Origin: Candidatus Daviesbacteria bacterium RIFCSPLOWO2_01_FULL_39_23 | GTDB lineage: Bacteria > Patescibacteriota > Microgenomatia > Daviesbacterales > UBA10151 | Assembly: GCA_001776935.1 (NCBI GenBank) | Contig: MFDN01000008.1 | Span: 8,998-72,997 of the forward strand | Reading direction: 5' to 3' | DNA length: 64,000 nucleotides | In this document: positions 21,074 to 32,409 of the stretch, piece by piece | Layout of the letters: every line of letters begins with the position of its first letter | Position numbering within the stretch: the stretch's first letter is position 1 | Program-made: the position numbers and the translations under genes | Notes under the pieces: generated by a model | What the model saw: only the letters and a program-made list of their open reading frames with translations | The model's database searches: none | What the model was told of the DNA's origin: nothing

Positions 21074-23790
21074 TACAAAAAGTAAGGGTGCAGACTATTG
21101 GACAATCAAACATTAAAGTTTACCGCCTTGAAGGTATATCAGAAAAAGAAGCCAAACTATTGGCGGAAAAATTACTTTCTGAAAAAATAAACCAAAATTA
21201 TACAATTAACCGACCGCTGGCTTCTGCAAGAAGTATCATTGAGATTGCGTATAAACCAGGAGTAATGAATCCGGAAGTTGATTCGATTATGAAAGCAGCA
21301 GCTGATCTTGGCGTAAAGCTCAAAGCTTGCGATAGCTCTACAGAATATCCTTTTAATGTTTCGAAAAAAGAAGCTTTAAAAATAATTCAGAAACAAAGAA
21401 TTTATAACCCCTTAATAGAACACATTGTTGAAGAAGAACCGCAGACCCTGTTTATAAGAGGAGAATCCGGTAAAACTCAAATTATTCCAATTAGAAATTT
21501 AAGCGAGATCCAATTAATGGATTTATCGAAAAATAAACTTTTTCTTAATTTGGATGAGATGAAAACAATCCAACGGTACTATCAAAAGATAAAAAAAGAT
21601 CCGACTGATTTGGAGCTTGAGACTCTTGCCCAAACCTGGAGCGAGCATTGCGCACACAAAACCTTTAAGGCAAAACTCGTTGTTGATGGTAAAACTAAAG
21701 AACCCTTATTTACGCGTATTAAAAAAGAAGCCTTAAAACATAATAAAAATATAGTTTCGGCTTTTGTAGATAATGCCGGAGTGATGGATTTTTATGATGG
21801 TTGGGCGATTAATGGCAAGGCGGAAACCCATAATGCTCCTTCTGCCATTGAACCATATGGCGGGGCAATGACAGGATCCGGAGGGGTTTTCCGGGATGTG
21901 GTGGCAACCGGGCAGGGCGCTAAGGCTTTGGTATCAACAGATATATTTTGTCTGGCCCCGCCGGATTTACCAAAAAGTAATTTACCGGTAGGAACCCTGC
22001 CTCCTGATTATATTTTAAAAAGAGTGGTTTCTGCTGTGCGGGATTATGGGAATAGAATAGGGATTCCTACTAACAACGGATCTTTTCATTTTCATGAAGA
22101 TTTTAGAGCAAAGCCGGTCGTTTTAGTAGGATCATATGGAATGCTGCGCAAAAATATGAGCAAACAGGGATCTCCTAAAATAGGAGATGTGGCAGTAGTA
22201 GTTGGTGGCAGGACCGGTAGGGATGGTATACATGGGGCAACATTTTCCTCCGGTGAGATGAGCGAGAAAACTATAGAAGTTCATGCTACTGCAGTACAGA
22301 TTGGCAATGCTATTGAGGAAAAAAGAACTTTTGATGCAATATTGGAAGCCCGGGATAAAGGGATAATTCGGGCAGTTCAGGATTTAGGGGCAGGGGGATT
22401 TTCTTCTGCTATTGGAGAGATGGGTGCAGAAGTTGGAGTTAAAGTTTTTCTTGAAAAAGCCCCTCTAAAGTATCAGGGATTGGCCCCCTGGGAAATTTGG
22501 GTATCAGAATCCCAGGAAAGGATGCTGGTAATTTTGGATAAGAGAGATATAAAGAAATTTTTAGAGATTTGTAAAAAATACAATGCAGAAGCAGTAGAAA
22601 TTGCAGAGTTTGACGGCAGTAAAAGATTGAAAGTCTTTTATGGGAAAGAAAAGGTTGGAGATTTGGACATGAAGTTTTTGTATGAAGGTTTGCCCCAAAG
22701 GGTGATGAAAGCCCTTCGACTCCCTTCGGTCGCTCAGGGTCTGCGACAACAAACTCAAAACCCGACAACGCAAAGAGAATGGATAAAGGGTTTGGAAGAA
22801 GTTTTGTCTCATGGTGATATTAATTCCAAAGAACCGATTCTAAGGATGTATGATCATAATGTTCAAGGGACAAATGCCTTGCATCCATTCGGAGGAGTGG
22901 GAATGGATGGCCCAAATGATGCAGCAGTTGTAAAACCGCTGTTAGATAAACCTTATGGTTTAATTGTGGCACACGGCTTAAATCCAAAACTTACCAATAT
23001 TGATGCTTACCGGGGAACTATTTGGTCGGCAACAGAAGCAATCTCAAATTACGCGGCAGTAGGCGGGGATTATAAAAATGCATCACTGATTAATAATTAC
23101 ATTTGGCCGTTTCCGGATGAGGAGTGGATGGGGAAGTTAGACCAATCAGTGACGGCGGTTTGTGATTTTATGAAAGCCTTAAAGATTCCGGTAATTTCCG
23201 GAAAGGACAGCTTGTCTGCAACTTATCGGGGATCGAATGGATTTGTTCTGCACAGTCTGCCGACTTTTGTGATGTCCGTATTCGGAAAAATTCCCGATGT
23301 TAAAAAAACCGTTTCTTCGGATTTTAAAAAAGTCGGATCAATGATTGTATTGGTTGGACAGCTAGCTCACCTCGGAGGTGAGACTAAGTTGTCGTCTGTA
23401 CACCTCCGAGGTGTGACTAGGGTTGACCTAAAATTATTGCCAAAAGTTTTGGAAAGTTTGCATAAGGCGATTGCTGGTGGAAAAGTTTTGTCCTGTCATG
23501 ATGTTTCAGAGGGGGGTTTAATAACCGCTATTTTTGAAATGTGTGTGGGAGGAAACTGCGGCGCAGAAATTAAGGTTTTACCAAAAGATGTTTTTGCAGA
23601 AACCGCCGGGTGTTTTATTGTAGAGTTGGAGGACGAAATTTCTGCTGAGAAATTATTTAAAGGGATTCCTTATAAGATTTTAGGTAAAACTATTAAAGAG
23701 GAAAAACTGACAGCAAAGGGATTATTTACAGCTGATATGAAAAGCTTACAGGAAGTTTGGCAAAAACCAATGAAGGAGATATTCGGATGA
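21070..23790 (+). CDS. purL: FGAM synthase subunit PurL with PurS-like N-terminal extension
   Basis: QTWSEHCAHK, KAETHN, GRDGIHGATFSS, SESQERM, SGKDS. Confidence 0.95.
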   Translation: MIQKVRVQTIGQSNIKVYRLEGISEKEAKLLAEKLLSEKINQNYTINRPLASARSIIEIAYKPGVMNPEVDSIMKAAADLGVKLKACDSSTEYPFNVSKKEALKIIQKQRIYNPLIEHIVEEEPQTLFIRGESGKTQIIPIRNLSEIQLMDLSKNKLFLNLDEMKTIQRYYQKIKKDPTDLELETLAQTWSEHCAHKTFKAKLVVDGKTKEPLFTRIKKEALKHNKNIVSAFVDNAGVMDFYDGWAINGKAETHNAPSAIEPYGGAMTGSGGVFRDVVATGQGAKALVSTDIFCLAPPDLPKSNLPVGTLPPDYILKRVVSAVRDYGNRIGIPTNNGSFHFHEDFRAKPVVLVGSYGMLRKNMSKQGSPKIGDVAVVVGGRTGRDGIHGATFSSGEMSEKTIEVHATAVQIGNAIEEKRTFDAILEARDKGIIRAVQDLGAGGFSSAIGEMGAEVGVKVFLEKAPLKYQGLAPWEIWVSESQERMLVILDKRDIKKFLEICKKYNAEAVEIAEFDGSKRLKVFYGKEKVGDLDMKFLYEGLPQRVMKALRLPSVAQGLRQQTQNPTTQREWIKGLEEVLSHGDINSKEPILRMYDHNVQGTNALHPFGGVGMDGPNDAAVVKPLLDKPYGLIVAHGLNPKLTNIDAYRGTIWSATEAISNYAAVGGDYKNASLINNYIWPFPDEEWMGKLDQSVTAVCDFMKALKIPVISGKDSLSATYRGSNGFVLHSLPTFVMSVFGKIPDVKKTVSSDFKKVGSMIVLVGQLAHLGGETKLSSVHLRGVTRVDLKLLPKVLESLHKAIAGGKVLSCHDVSEGGLITAIFEMCVGGNCGAEIKVLPKDVFAETAGCFIVELEDEISAEKLFKGIPYKILGKTIKEEKLTAKGLFTADMKSLQEVWQKPMKEIFG

Positions 23791-24584
23791 CCCTTCGACA
23801 TCGCTTGAGACAAGAAGTTAATGTTTGCATATTAAAATCAGATGGGACTAATTGTGATAATGAGCTGTTTTATGCATTTAAAAAAGCAGGAGGGAATCCG
23901 GAGCTTGTTCATGTTAACGAGCTGCGGGATAAAAGTGTGACTTTAAAAGATTTTGATATTTTGGCTTTTCCGGGGGGATTTTCTTATGGTGATGATATTG
24001 TATCCGGCAAAATTTGGGCTATCGAAATGATTAGTTTTTTAAAAAAAGAAATCGAAGATTTTAGAAAAAAAGGCGGATTGATTTTAGGAATATGTAATGG
24101 ATTTCAGGTTTTGGTAAGGACCGGTCTATTGCCGTTTGGAAACTTAGGCAAAATGGATGCCACACTTGCAAACAATGACAGCGGACATTTTGAATGCAGG
24201 TGGGTGGATTTAAAAACGGAAAAAAGTAAATGCGTATTTTTAAAAAATATAAATATTGGGCATTTTGCCGTAAATCACGGAGAAGGAAAATTTTTTACGG
24301 ATGTAAAAACTTTAAAAGAAATTGAGGCAAAAAATTTAGTGGTATTCCGCTATGTTGATGAAAACGGCAATCCCACCCAAAATTATCCTCAAAACCCCAA
24401 CGGGTCTTTAAATGCCATTGCCGGGGTTACAGATCCATCCGGAAGAATTTTAGGACTCATGCCTCATCCGGAAAAATTTGTGGATATTACCCAATATCCA
24501 AATTGGAGAAGAGAAAAGATATTAAAGCCCCACGGATTATTTATCTTTGAAGAAATGGTAAAGTATGTTAAGGAGAACAAATGA
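23787..24584 (+). CDS. purQ: FGAM synthase glutaminase subunit
   Basis: GTNCD, PGGFSYGD, GICNGFQ, GLMPHPE; ATGA overlap with the purL stop and AAGGAG SD. Confidence 0.95.
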   Translation: MTLRHRLRQEVNVCILKSDGTNCDNELFYAFKKAGGNPELVHVNELRDKSVTLKDFDILAFPGGFSYGDDIVSGKIWAIEMISFLKKEIEDFRKKGGLILGICNGFQVLVRTGLLPFGNLGKMDATLANNDSGHFECRWVDLKTEKSKCVFLKNINIGHFAVNHGEGKFFTDVKTLKEIEAKNLVVFRYVDENGNPTQNYPQNPNGSLNAIAGVTDPSGRILGLMPHPEKFVDITQYPNWRREKILKPHGLFIFEEMVKYVKENK

Positions 24585-26152
24585 TAATACTTGTAGATTT
24601 TGGATCACAAACAGCACATTTAATAGCAAGAAGGATAAAAGAGTTGGGAACAGAAGTGGAAGTGGTAGACCCTGAAGGAGCGATGGATATATTGGATTCC
24701 CGCTTTCGCGGAAATGACAGAAGAAGAAGCGGGAATGACAAGGGTGCAAAGGGGATAATTTTTTCCGGCGGCCCGGCATCTGTATATCAGGAAGACTCGC
24801 CTTCAATTGATCCGAAAATTTTTATGATTGGTATTCCGATATTGGGAATTTGTTACGGACAGCAATTGATGTGCCACCTTTTAGGCGGAGAGGTAAAAGC
24901 GGGGTTTAAGAAAGAGTATGGACCGGCAGTATTAAGTTCAAAGTTAAAAGTTAAAAGTTCAAAATTATTGGTAGGGGTGCCAAGCGGAATTACGGTTTGG
25001 ATGAGTCACGGGGATGAGGTGGTAAAGATTCCTCAGGGTTTTGAAACTAAGGCTTTTACGAAAACAATTCCTCATGCAGTAATTGAAAATAAAGATAAAA
25101 AAATATACGGGATACAATTTCATCCGGAGGTAATACACACGGAATTCGGAGAACAGCTTTTGGAAAACTTCCTAAAAATATGCAATCTTGAAATTAAAAG
25201 AAGAGTGATTAATAAAGAGTTTGTAGAAAATATTATCAAAGATATTAAAGATTCTGTGGGAGAGGAAAAAGCAATTTGTGCTTTATCCGGGGGAGTAGAT
25301 TCATCAGTTGCTGCATTACTTGTACACAAAGCAATCGGCAGAAATTTAATTTCCTGCTACATTGATTCAGGGTTGATGAGAGACGGGGAAACTTCTGCTT
25401 TAAGAAAAATTTTTCAAAAAGATTATCAAATGGGTATTCAAATTATTGATGCAAAAAATGAATTTTTAGATTCCTTAAAAGGAGTAATTGATCCGGAAGA
25501 AAAAAGAAAAAAGATCGGGAAAGCTTTTATAGATGTTTTTGAAAAAATTGCTAAAAAAAGCAGGGCAAAACTTTTGGTGCAGGGGACAATTTATCCTGAT
25601 GTGATAGAGTCTGCAGGAACTAAGCATTCGCAGGTTATAAAATCGCACCATAATGTCGGCGCACTCCCAAAGAATATGAACCTTGCGCTAATTGAACCAT
25701 TAAGAAATTTCTATAAAGATGAAGTAAGAGCAATCGGTAAAATTTTAGGTCTGCCGGATGAAATTATCAACAGACAGCCTTTCCCGGGTCCCGGACTGGC
25801 AGTCAGAATTATAGGAGACGTAACAGAAGAAAAACTTGAGATTTTAAGAAAAGCCGATAAAGTTATTCAGGAGGAAATAAAAAAGACTGATCTGGAAAAA
25901 AGCCTTTGGCAAATCTTTGCAGTATTTACCGGAATTAAAACTACAGGAGTCAGGGGAGATGAAAGGGCGTATGGAGAAACTATTGCCATAAGAGCAATAG
26001 AAGCCAAAGATGCCATGAGTGCAAATTTTGCCAAACTTCCATATGAACTATTGGAGAGAATTTCCTCAAGAATTGTTAATGAAATCCGTGAGGTAAACCG
26101 GGTAGTTTACGATATCACCAACAAACCTCCCGCTACTATGGAGTGGGAGTAG
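24581..26152 (+). CDS. guaA: GMP synthase (glutamine-hydrolysing)
   Basis: DFGSQ, GICYG, QFHPEV, LSGGVDS, IKSHHNVG, KPPATMEWE. Confidence 0.97.
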   Translation: MIILVDFGSQTAHLIARRIKELGTEVEVVDPEGAMDILDSRFRGNDRRRSGNDKGAKGIIFSGGPASVYQEDSPSIDPKIFMIGIPILGICYGQQLMCHLLGGEVKAGFKKEYGPAVLSSKLKVKSSKLLVGVPSGITVWMSHGDEVVKIPQGFETKAFTKTIPHAVIENKDKKIYGIQFHPEVIHTEFGEQLLENFLKICNLEIKRRVINKEFVENIIKDIKDSVGEEKAICALSGGVDSSVAALLVHKAIGRNLISCYIDSGLMRDGETSALRKIFQKDYQMGIQIIDAKNEFLDSLKGVIDPEEKRKKIGKAFIDVFEKIAKKSRAKLLVQGTIYPDVIESAGTKHSQVIKSHHNVGALPKNMNLALIEPLRNFYKDEVRAIGKILGLPDEIINRQPFPGPGLAVRIIGDVTEEKLEILRKADKVIQEEIKKTDLEKSLWQIFAVFTGIKTTGVRGDERAYGETIAIRAIEAKDAMSANFAKLPYELLERISSRIVNEIREVNRVVYDITNKPPATMEWE

Positions 26153-26262
26153 AGAAGATGGTTTGCATCAATTTCAATTGTGTTAAATTATCGGAGAATG
26201 GTTACAATTAATCGCTCGAGCGACTGGTTGTAACCGTAGTAAAAGATAAAAATTTGGCAGAT

Positions 26263-27336
26263 TGTCTAGGATCCGATACATTCCGTACACTTAAGACATT
26301 TAATTGAACGGCAGATATAATGGCTGCTACATGAGAGCCTACAAGATACTCCCGGTAGAGATTAAAGTTAGGGATTTCAAACTATCCAAGAAAGCTTTAA
26401 AAAGATTGGAGTGGATGGATTGGTATTTTAGCCATGGCATGAATGCCAGGTTAACATGCAGACACTTTGGAATCTCCCCAGATACCTTCTACCTCTGGAA
26501 GAGGAAATTTAATCCATATAACTTAAGTACACTTGAATTCAATACTAAACTCTGTACTCCTCACAACCTCCGGGAGATGACTACAAGTCCAAAGGTGCTT
26601 AAGCTGATATATGACATTAGGTCAAATGATTTAACCAAATCCAAGTATGAAATTGAGGAAGAGTTAAAAAGGTCAGGCATTAAAATCTCATCCAAAGTAA
26701 TCCAGAAAGTCATTAACAGACATATTGAGCTTAAAAACACTGAGCATATTAGAAAGATTAGAAAATACAGGAATTACAAGATAGCCAGGGTTAAAGCTGC
26801 ATTGGAGCTTAAAGAGAAAGATTTAGGATCACTGGTTCAGATTGATACCAAACACCTGTATATTTTAGGACAGAGATTTTACATCTATGTAGCCATTGAT
26901 TGTAAATCCAGGTTAGGGTTTGTGTATGCATACAAATCATGCAACTCCACCAATGCAGCAGACTTCCTTTTAAAAGTCATTGACTACTTTCCATTCACAA
27001 TTTCAGCTGTTAATACAGACAACGGACCGGAGTATCTGCTTAAATTTCATGAGCTGACAGAGCAGTTAGGTATTCCTCACTACTTTACCCATCCCCATAC
27101 CCCTAAAATGAACTCCAGAGCTGAAAGGTTAATTAAGACACTGGAATATGAATTCCTTCATTACAGGGATCTTTTGCCTGAGCTTCAAGAAGTTAGAAAT
27201 ATATGCCCATGAGTTTAATGATCATTACAACAACCACAGATTCCACCAAGCCATCCACTACCAAACCCCCAGGGAGTATGTTACAAGTTACCTACAACAG
27301 AAAGGAGTGGTGTACGGTATCTAGGGTTCCAGTACA
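26263..27336 (+). mobile_element. IS481-family insertion sequence (1074 bp) with 5-bp target duplication
   Basis: Ends TGT...ACA; imperfect TIRs TGTCTAGGATCC..CCGTACAC / GTGTACGG..GGTTCCAGTACA; direct repeat CAGAT at 26258-26262 and 27337-27341. Confidence 0.88.
26331..27324 (+). pseudogene. DDE (rve) transposase with a 1-bp frameshift near its C-terminus
   Basis: HTH (CRHFGISPDTFYLWKRKF), VQIDTK, TDNGPEY, NSRAER; stop at 27212, but EFNDHYNNHRFHQAIHYQTP continues in another frame to TAG at 27324. Confidence 0.82.
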
Positions 27337-27341
27337 CAGAT

Positions 27342-27370
27342 TTGACAATACCCTATAGATTTGATAAGAT
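27342..27370 (+). promoter_or_regulatory. Sigma70 promoter of the DGR target gene
   Basis: TTGACA (27342-47), 17 bp, TAAGAT (27365-70) with extended -10 TG; ATG at 27381. Confidence 0.75.
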
Positions 27371-27380
27371 ACACGACAAT

Positions 27381-28088
27381 ATGATTGAAAGAGCTTTTAA
27401 TGAAGCATTACTACATAAAGGTAACAAAAAAGATGCACTTAGGGAATTTGCCATCTCTCAAGCAAGGCATATTCTTCAAGCTGCCGGCGTAGTTGATCCC
27501 GCAATTAAAGACCATGGAGTAGCCGTAAAACCTGAAGAATCAGTTGAAAAACCTTTTTACATGATCCCCGAAGGAGAAGTTGTTAAATTTATCCAAGAGA
27601 TCGGCGGTAAATCAGCGGAACAATTAGAGGCTGAAGTAAAATCTACCGGAAGGGAAGTCACTATATATGCTTCTGATTCGATTCATAGTCCTAAATTTGA
27701 AGTTCTTGATGAAGTTACTCCTCAAGAGTTAGCTAAATTTCCTGTTAGAGCCTTAAGATTCAGAGGTAATCCAACTACCAGACAATTATATGAAAAAATC
27801 CCGCAAACCAGATGTAGAATAGATGGAGAGGAATATATATTAGAACTTCCTAGAGCAGAAGTTGGACCCCACAAAGCTATAGCAGATAAAGACCAAGCTT
27901 TAAATGATTGGTATTATGTTATGCATGAGCCGATTACCGGCCGTCACGGCGATCCGGGCGTGTTCGAGGTCGGACGCAATTCTGATGGCCGGTTCCTCTA
28001 CGGCCCATGGGCTAGCCCTGACGACAGGTGGGCTCCTGACGATCAGTTGGTTGTGGCTCTCCGCAAGCTTGAATCTGTAAAACCTTAA
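27381..28088 (+). CDS. DGR target (variable) protein, C-terminal VR in a probable C-type-lectin-like fold
   Basis: 45 codons near the C-terminus align to the TR with A-only mismatches. The ORF-track TTG start is the -35 box, so ATG at 27381 (235 aa) is preferred. No signal peptide seen. Confidence 0.92.
   Translation: MIERAFNEALLHKGNKKDALREFAISQARHILQAAGVVDPAIKDHGVAVKPEESVEKPFYMIPEGEVVKFIQEIGGKSAEQLEAEVKSTGREVTIYASDSIHSPKFEVLDEVTPQELAKFPVRALRFRGNPTTRQLYEKIPQTRCRIDGEEYILELPRAEVGPHKAIADKDQALNDWYYVMHEPITGRHGDPGVFEVGRNSDGRFLYGPWASPDDRWAPDDQLVVALRKLESVKP
27933..28067 (+). repeat. DGR variable repeat (VR)
   Basis: 135 bp ungapped match to 28410-28544 with 19 mismatches, all opposite TR adenines. 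Confidence 0.97.
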
Positions 28089-28165
28089 ACTCTTTGATTC
28101 TTACAATTAAAGAGTACTCTTTGAGTTTTTAATACTTTGTTTCTTTACCGCGTAGCGGCCGCTAC
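28089..28165 (+). promoter_or_regulatory. Hairpins/palindrome 3' of VR, candidate retrohoming cis-elements
   Basis: ACTCTTTGATT-cttac-AATTAAAGAGT (28089-28115); CCGC-GTA-GCGG (28148-58); 14-bp palindrome GTAGCGGCCGCTAC (28152-65). Confidence 0.6.
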
Positions 28166-28409
28166 AAATTTTTGATATATTACTTTTAGATTGGTTGTAT
28201 TGAACGGCTACGGCTTTTCAAAATCATTTTGGCAAATATATATTGAGAGCTTAGAAGGTTAAGGCTTTCTGGGGAGTAATAGTATTTGTCTTTAAAAAAG
28301 AATTACTTGGTATGGTATGCTTGCAGGATTTATTCCGCAAATAAAATACAGCCCTTTGTCTAAAGATTAGCTTTTTACATGGGCAGTGATAATAGATGGC
28401 ATATCATAC

Positions 28410-28544
28410 ATTACCGACCGTAACGGCAATCCGAACGTGTTCAAGGTCGAACACAATTCTAATGGCCGGTTCCTAAACGGCAAATGGGCTAACCCTGACA
28501 ACAGGTGGAATCCTGACAATCAGTTGGTTGTGGCTCTCCGAAAG
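28410..28544 (+). ncRNA. DGR template repeat (TR)
   Basis: A-rich counterpart of the VR: 39 adenines, 10 AAY codons in the target register; next to avd and RT. Confidence 0.97.
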
Positions 28545-28554
28545 TTATTCTTTT

Positions 28555-28578
28555 CCCCGCTTTATTGGCGGGGTTTTT
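28555..28578 (+). terminator. GC hairpin with U-tract 10 nt after the TR
   Basis: CCCCGCT-TTATT-GGCGGGG then TTTTT on + strand, inside the avd 3' end. Confidence 0.6.
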
Positions 28579-28853
28579 GTTGGTATTTCAAGGCTTTTTT
28601 TCCAGCCGTAAAGCATTTTACCAATTTCATCCAGTTTAGTGGACATACTCTCATATTGTCTATTAGAAATGAATTTTCCTTCCCAACAAGTTGTGACTAG
28701 AAATTTAAGTATATCTGCTGTAAAAATACATTCACTTAATAAGACTAATTTTTTATCCTTACCACTAAAATATGATGTGTATGAACTTTCCAGAAGATCA
28801 AGGAATTTATTTTCAATTCTTATACCCAGCGTGTAACGGGCAGTTCTAGGAAT

Positions 28854-31188
<2,335 letters not shown>

Positions 31189-31198
31189 TTAACATTAT

Positions 31199-31227
31199 TT
31201 GCTAAATTAAGGTAAGTTAGTTATAAT
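31199..31227 (+). promoter_or_regulatory. Sigma70 promoter for purP1, divergent from the purA promoter
   Basis: TTGCTA-17 bp-TATAAT, then 5 nt to ATG at 31233; minus strand has TGT-TAAAAT 6 nt before the purA ATG. Confidence 0.7.
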
Positions 31228-31232
31228 AAATT

Positions 31233-32249
31233 ATGGGAAATAAAAGTTACACAATTGTAACGCTTGGTTCTCACTCCGCCCTGCAAATTTTAAAAGGGGC
31301 AAAAGATGAGGGTTTTCAAACTGCAGTAGTAGTTACACCTGATCGAATCGCACTTTATTCTTCATATAAAAATTTTATTGATGAAATTTTAGAAGTTAAA
31401 TCCTGGAAAGGTTTTCCTGCTTTAGAAAAAGAACTTATTAAAAGAAATACAATCCTGATTCCGCATGGTTCATTTGTGGCATATTTGGGGATGGAGCAAA
31501 ATAAAAAAATGAAGGTCCTATACTTTGGCAACAAGGCTGTTTTGGATTGGGAAGAAAACCGGAAAATGCAAAGGACCTGGATGGAAAAATCCGGGATCAA
31601 AGTCCCGCATCGGTTCAGAAGAGGAGACAAGATAGACCGTGCGGTAATTGTAAAATCTTATGGAGCTGCCGGCGGTAAAGGATATTTTACTGCCACAAAC
31701 CAAAAAGAATTTGACGAAAAGTTAAAAAACTACAACGAAGAAAAATTTATTGTGCAGGAATATGTTATCGGGGTGCCTGTTTATTTCCATTTTTTCTATT
31801 CACCTTTGACTAAAAAAGTGGAGATAATGAGTTTAGATAAACGTTATGAAACAAATGTTGACTCGCTTGGAAGAATCCCTGCTAAAAATCAAAGGGGTTT
31901 GGATATTGAACCCTCGTTTGAAGTAGTTGCCAATATTCCTATGGCCATAAGGGAATCTCTTTTGGCCCAAGGTATTTCCATGGCAGAAAGAGTTATTAAA
32001 ACTTCCCAAAAATTAATTCCGGAGAAAGGGCTTTTCGGGCCGTTTTGTCTGGAAACTATTATTACTTCAACTGAGGAAATATATGTAATAGAAATTTCTG
32101 CAAGGATTGTGGCAGGGACTAATTGTTTTATAGACGGCTCGCCTTATACATATTTATTGTATGATGAGCCCATGTCTACAGGAAGAAGAATAGCCCGGGA
32201 AATAAAATATGCCATAAGACAAAATAGATTAAAGGAGGTTTTGGATTAA
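31233..32249 (+). CDS. purP: Archaeal-type FAICAR synthase PurP (ATP-grasp), paralog 1
   Basis: LGSHSALQILKGAKDEGF, PHGSFVAY, GGKGYF, LRESLL-like IRESLL, EISARIVAGTN, MSTGRRIAREIK. Confidence 0.92.
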   Translation: MGNKSYTIVTLGSHSALQILKGAKDEGFQTAVVVTPDRIALYSSYKNFIDEILEVKSWKGFPALEKELIKRNTILIPHGSFVAYLGMEQNKKMKVLYFGNKAVLDWEENRKMQRTWMEKSGIKVPHRFRRGDKIDRAVIVKSYGAAGGKGYFTATNQKEFDEKLKNYNEEKFIVQEYVIGVPVYFHFFYSPLTKKVEIMSLDKRYETNVDSLGRIPAKNQRGLDIEPSFEVVANIPMAIRESLLAQGISMAERVIKTSQKLIPEKGLFGPFCLETIITSTEEIYVIEISARIVAGTNCFIDGSPYTYLLYDEPMSTGRRIAREIKYAIRQNRLKEVLD

Positions 32250-32259
32250 ATGATCGCTC

Positions 32260-32387
32260 GTCACATCAAAAAGCACCGTTCGACTAGTGATACTGTAACA
32301 TTAAGTAATCCTCAACCCTCACTATGTGAAGATTTTGCGCCAAGTTACTGCACGCAAAATCTTCAAATTGCTTTTGTGATTTGTGAC
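32260..32387. other. Multi-stem structured intergenic element
   Basis: Outer stem 32260-75/32369-87; TAGTGA/TCACTA; perfect 13-bp stem 32327-39/32353-65. Confidence 0.65.
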
Positions 32388-32409
32388 TTCGCAATTCTAA
32401 AGGAGTGTT

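Noticed and set aside
27342-27380. ORF-track TTG start of the target gene
   Set aside because: The TTG is part of the TTGACA -35 box; ATG at 27381 follows the -10 box.
28386-28700. 104-aa ORF resembling the target C-terminus
   Set aside because: It is the TR read in register (Asn-rich AAY codons) running into antisense avd; best explained as template RNA, not a second target.
32250-32409. ZTP or purine riboswitch
   Set aside because: Consensus nucleotides not recognised by eye; kept only as an unknown structure.
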